This document shows positions 12,855-14,503 of a DNA stretch of 14,503 nucleotides, in pieces (the stretch's first letter is position 1; each line of letters opens with the position of its first letter). The stretch is from IMG/VR virus record IMGVR_UViG_3300031952_000007, positions 1 to 14,503 of that record. One strand, written 5' to 3'. The translations under genes and the position numbers were made by a program. This DNA is from a virus. Lineage: Duplodnaviria > Heunggongvirae > Uroviricota > Caudoviricetes > Crassvirales. Under the pieces are notes generated by a model. It searched no databases. It had not been told where the DNA came from and saw nothing but the letters and a program-made list of their open reading frames with translations.

Positions 12855-12862
12855 AATAAATA

Positions 12863-12903
12863 AATGTGCCCCCCAAATATACAAAATAAATGGGAGGCAC
12901 ATT
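12863..12903 (-). terminator. Hairpin (weak terminator or RNA-stability element) containing a -7 promoter element
   Basis: 13-bp stem on - strand RNA AAUGUGCCUCCCA/UGGGGGGCACAUU (one U-G) with a weak U-tract; TATATTTG at 12881-12874. Confidence 0.6.
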
Positions 12904-12911
12904 GTTAAAGG

Positions 12912-14429
12912 TTAGTCAATATTGTACACTCTGTTTAAGATTTCACCCTTCATTTCATCCAAAGATTTAACAATGTTGTGAATCTCTTCTGCAGAAATCT
13001 TAGGTAGATTGAATTCATACTTCTTAACCTCAGCTTGAATACCATCTTGAATTTTAGCAACAAGATCTTCCAACTCCCTGATAGCATATTGCTCGTCAAG
13101 TTGTAAGAAATCAAATGACCCATCATTCATAATCTCATCAGCTTCCTGAACAGTGGTAGTCATAAATGGAAGATATTCCCAGCATCTACCTTTCTCTGTT
13201 CCAATACCTACAACCTTCATAGGATTATGAAGTGTAAATACAGTGGTGTTACCACAAAGAACATAAGGAGCTGTATAACCAGCAAAGTGTAATCCTGCTG
13301 TTGCACAATCTTGTGTACTCCAATTACAATCTTCAATAGGCATATTTACCACTCTACCAATACGAATGTCAAATGTTTTAGTCCAATCATCAGTGAATCT
13401 ATTTTCATATCTATTAGGAAGATCCAAATAGAGATCTGTCAATCCACCAATTCTTTCACCATGATTAACAGGAACAATTACAGTGTATTCATATTCTTCT
13501 ACTTCTCCTGTACCATTACAGGTATCACAATCATTCCAATTTTCATCAAAATCAGATTCATCTTCTTCATCATACCATCCACCATCACCACCACAATCTG
13601 GACATGTTGTAGATTTAACAGTTTCAGTTGTTGTAAGATCATTAGTGTGAACCAATTTGTATTCTCCATTCTCTAAGAACACTACATAGTTATCAGGACT
13701 CTTCTTCCAAACAGCCTTCACCTTATTGTATGCATTACTTACAAAGTGTACAAAATCAACACCACCATGTACAGTTACAACATTCCTAAGAGCTACAAAG
13801 AAACCTTGTTTGGTGATTTGCATACCATTTTGCTCTAAGAAATCATAAAGCTTATCAGCAACTTCTGCTCTTGGATTCAAACAAGCCCACATAAAGAATC
13901 TCTTCAAACCAATATACTCATCATCAGATAGTAACAACTCATTGATTTGTTGTGGCTCATAATGCTCTGAGTATTGCCCAATGATAGCAACAAACTTCTC
14001 AACCAATAATTGAGGAAGAGTTCTGTTAATACCTTTAAGATATACAGAAGATCCATCAACTACAAAATCACCAGTTTGCTCTAATACACTAAACCCAGCA
14101 AGGATGTTTTTTACTCTAGCAGCTTCATCACTAACTTTTCTACTCTCTTTCCTTGTTTCTTCTGAACAAAGAATGTTAAGAATATCATCATGCGATGTTG
14201 CTAGTTTTACAGCATTGAAATCTGCTTCTGTAGCATCTGGTTTACTAACTACATCACCATCAGGCAATACAATAGTTAACACGTCATTTACCATTTTCAC
14301 TTGCTTGTAAGGCTTTGTGAAAACTAATTCACCTTCCATTTCTTCTACAGCTTTATTCACTCTCTTTTCTACCACTCTGTCTACGCTGTGTTTGATTGCT
14401 TCTTTAAACCATTTTAAACTGATGTTCAT
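12912..14429 (-). CDS. rIIB: RIIB-like protein with a large insertion containing a CxxCxGxG zinc finger
   Basis: CLNPRAEVADKLYDFL...ITKQGFFVALRNV and IGRVVNMP..DC.....CATAGLH...HNPMKVV...KGRCWEY match the T4 RIIB core as recalled; CPDCGGDG...CDTCNGTG inserted. Confidence 0.72.
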   Translation of the reverse strand: MNISLKWFKEAIKHSVDRVVEKRVNKAVEEMEGELVFTKPYKQVKMVNDVLTIVLPDGDVVSKPDATEADFNAVKLATSHDDILNILCSEETRKESRKVSDEAARVKNILAGFSVLEQTGDFVVDGSSVYLKGINRTLPQLLVEKFVAIIGQYSEHYEPQQINELLLSDDEYIGLKRFFMWACLNPRAEVADKLYDFLEQNGMQITKQGFFVALRNVVTVHGGVDFVHFVSNAYNKVKAVWKKSPDNYVVFLENGEYKLVHTNDLTTTETVKSTTCPDCGGDGGWYDEEDESDFDENWNDCDTCNGTGEVEEYEYTVIVPVNHGERIGGLTDLYLDLPNRYENRFTDDWTKTFDIRIGRVVNMPIEDCNWSTQDCATAGLHFAGYTAPYVLCGNTTVFTLHNPMKVVGIGTEKGRCWEYLPFMTTTVQEADEIMNDGSFDFLQLDEQYAIRELEDLVAKIQDGIQAEVKKYEFNLPKISAEEIHNIVKSLDEMKGEILNRVYNID

Positions 14430-14442
14430 GTTGTTTTGTTTT

Positions 14443-14502
14443 TTAATTTTTAAAATACTTGTTGAAAATTTGTGAGAACTCCATATACCTATTACAATGT
14501 TC
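14443..14502 (-). CDS. Possible 3' end of an upstream gene truncated by the window edge (rIIA would be the expected neighbour)
   Basis: Open frame EHCNRYMEFSQIFNKYFKN* ending 13 nt before the rIIB ATG; too short to identify. Confidence 0.3.
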   Translation of the reverse strand, partial: EHCNRYMEFSQIFNKYFKN

Positions 14503-14503
14503 G

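Noticed and set aside
12855-12902. N-terminal extension MCLPFILYIWGAHLFI of the HNH ORF
   Set aside because: It is the hairpin sequence; the hydrophobic look is incidental and not a signal peptide
8862-14310. Short ORFs 8862-9128, 9294-9536, 9970-10164, 10983-11222, 12569-12763, 12576-12863, 12667-12915, 13311-13676, 14104-14310
   Set aside because: They overlap well-supported - strand genes and have the I/F/S-rich composition expected from antisense reading of AT-rich coding DNA
1-14503. tRNA genes, CRISPR arrays, rRNA, IS elements
   Set aside because: No cloverleaf with T-loop/anticodon arms, no regularly spaced direct repeats and no transposase or terminal inverted repeats seen by eye; a tRNAscan run would be definitive

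Overview
AT-rich dsDNA tailed-phage genome segment. The host is probably Bacteroidota: TTTG-N20-TAnnTTTG promoters and A-rich, Shine-Dalgarno-free leaders precede the genes. A short + strand block of basic, low-complexity genes (25-937) converges at a bidirectional terminator on a long - strand nucleotide-metabolism/recombination block. That block holds rIIB-like, HNH nucleases, a PD-(D/E)XK exonuclease, GP88-like, MazG-like, class II ribonucleotide reductase, recA, dUTPase, a DnaA-domain-IV-like protein and phoH. The main feature is the nrdJ gene, split into three exons (8537-8205, 7160-6521, 5792-4915; 616 aa spliced) by two group I introns whose P1/P10/P3/P7 pairings can be read directly. 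Each intron has its own promoter and endonuclease ORF. In intron 1 a GIY-YIG gene fills the P1 loop, and its last codons are the ribozyme's internal guide sequence. Intron 2 carries a DR..GY..N (PacI-like, by recall) His-Me-finger nuclease. Other signals are a recoded duplicate of the dUTPase C-terminus, promoters inside terminator hairpins, small ORFs missing from the ORF track, and a CxxCxGxG zinc-finger insertion in rIIB. Family calls come from motif recognition by eye; no database searches were run.
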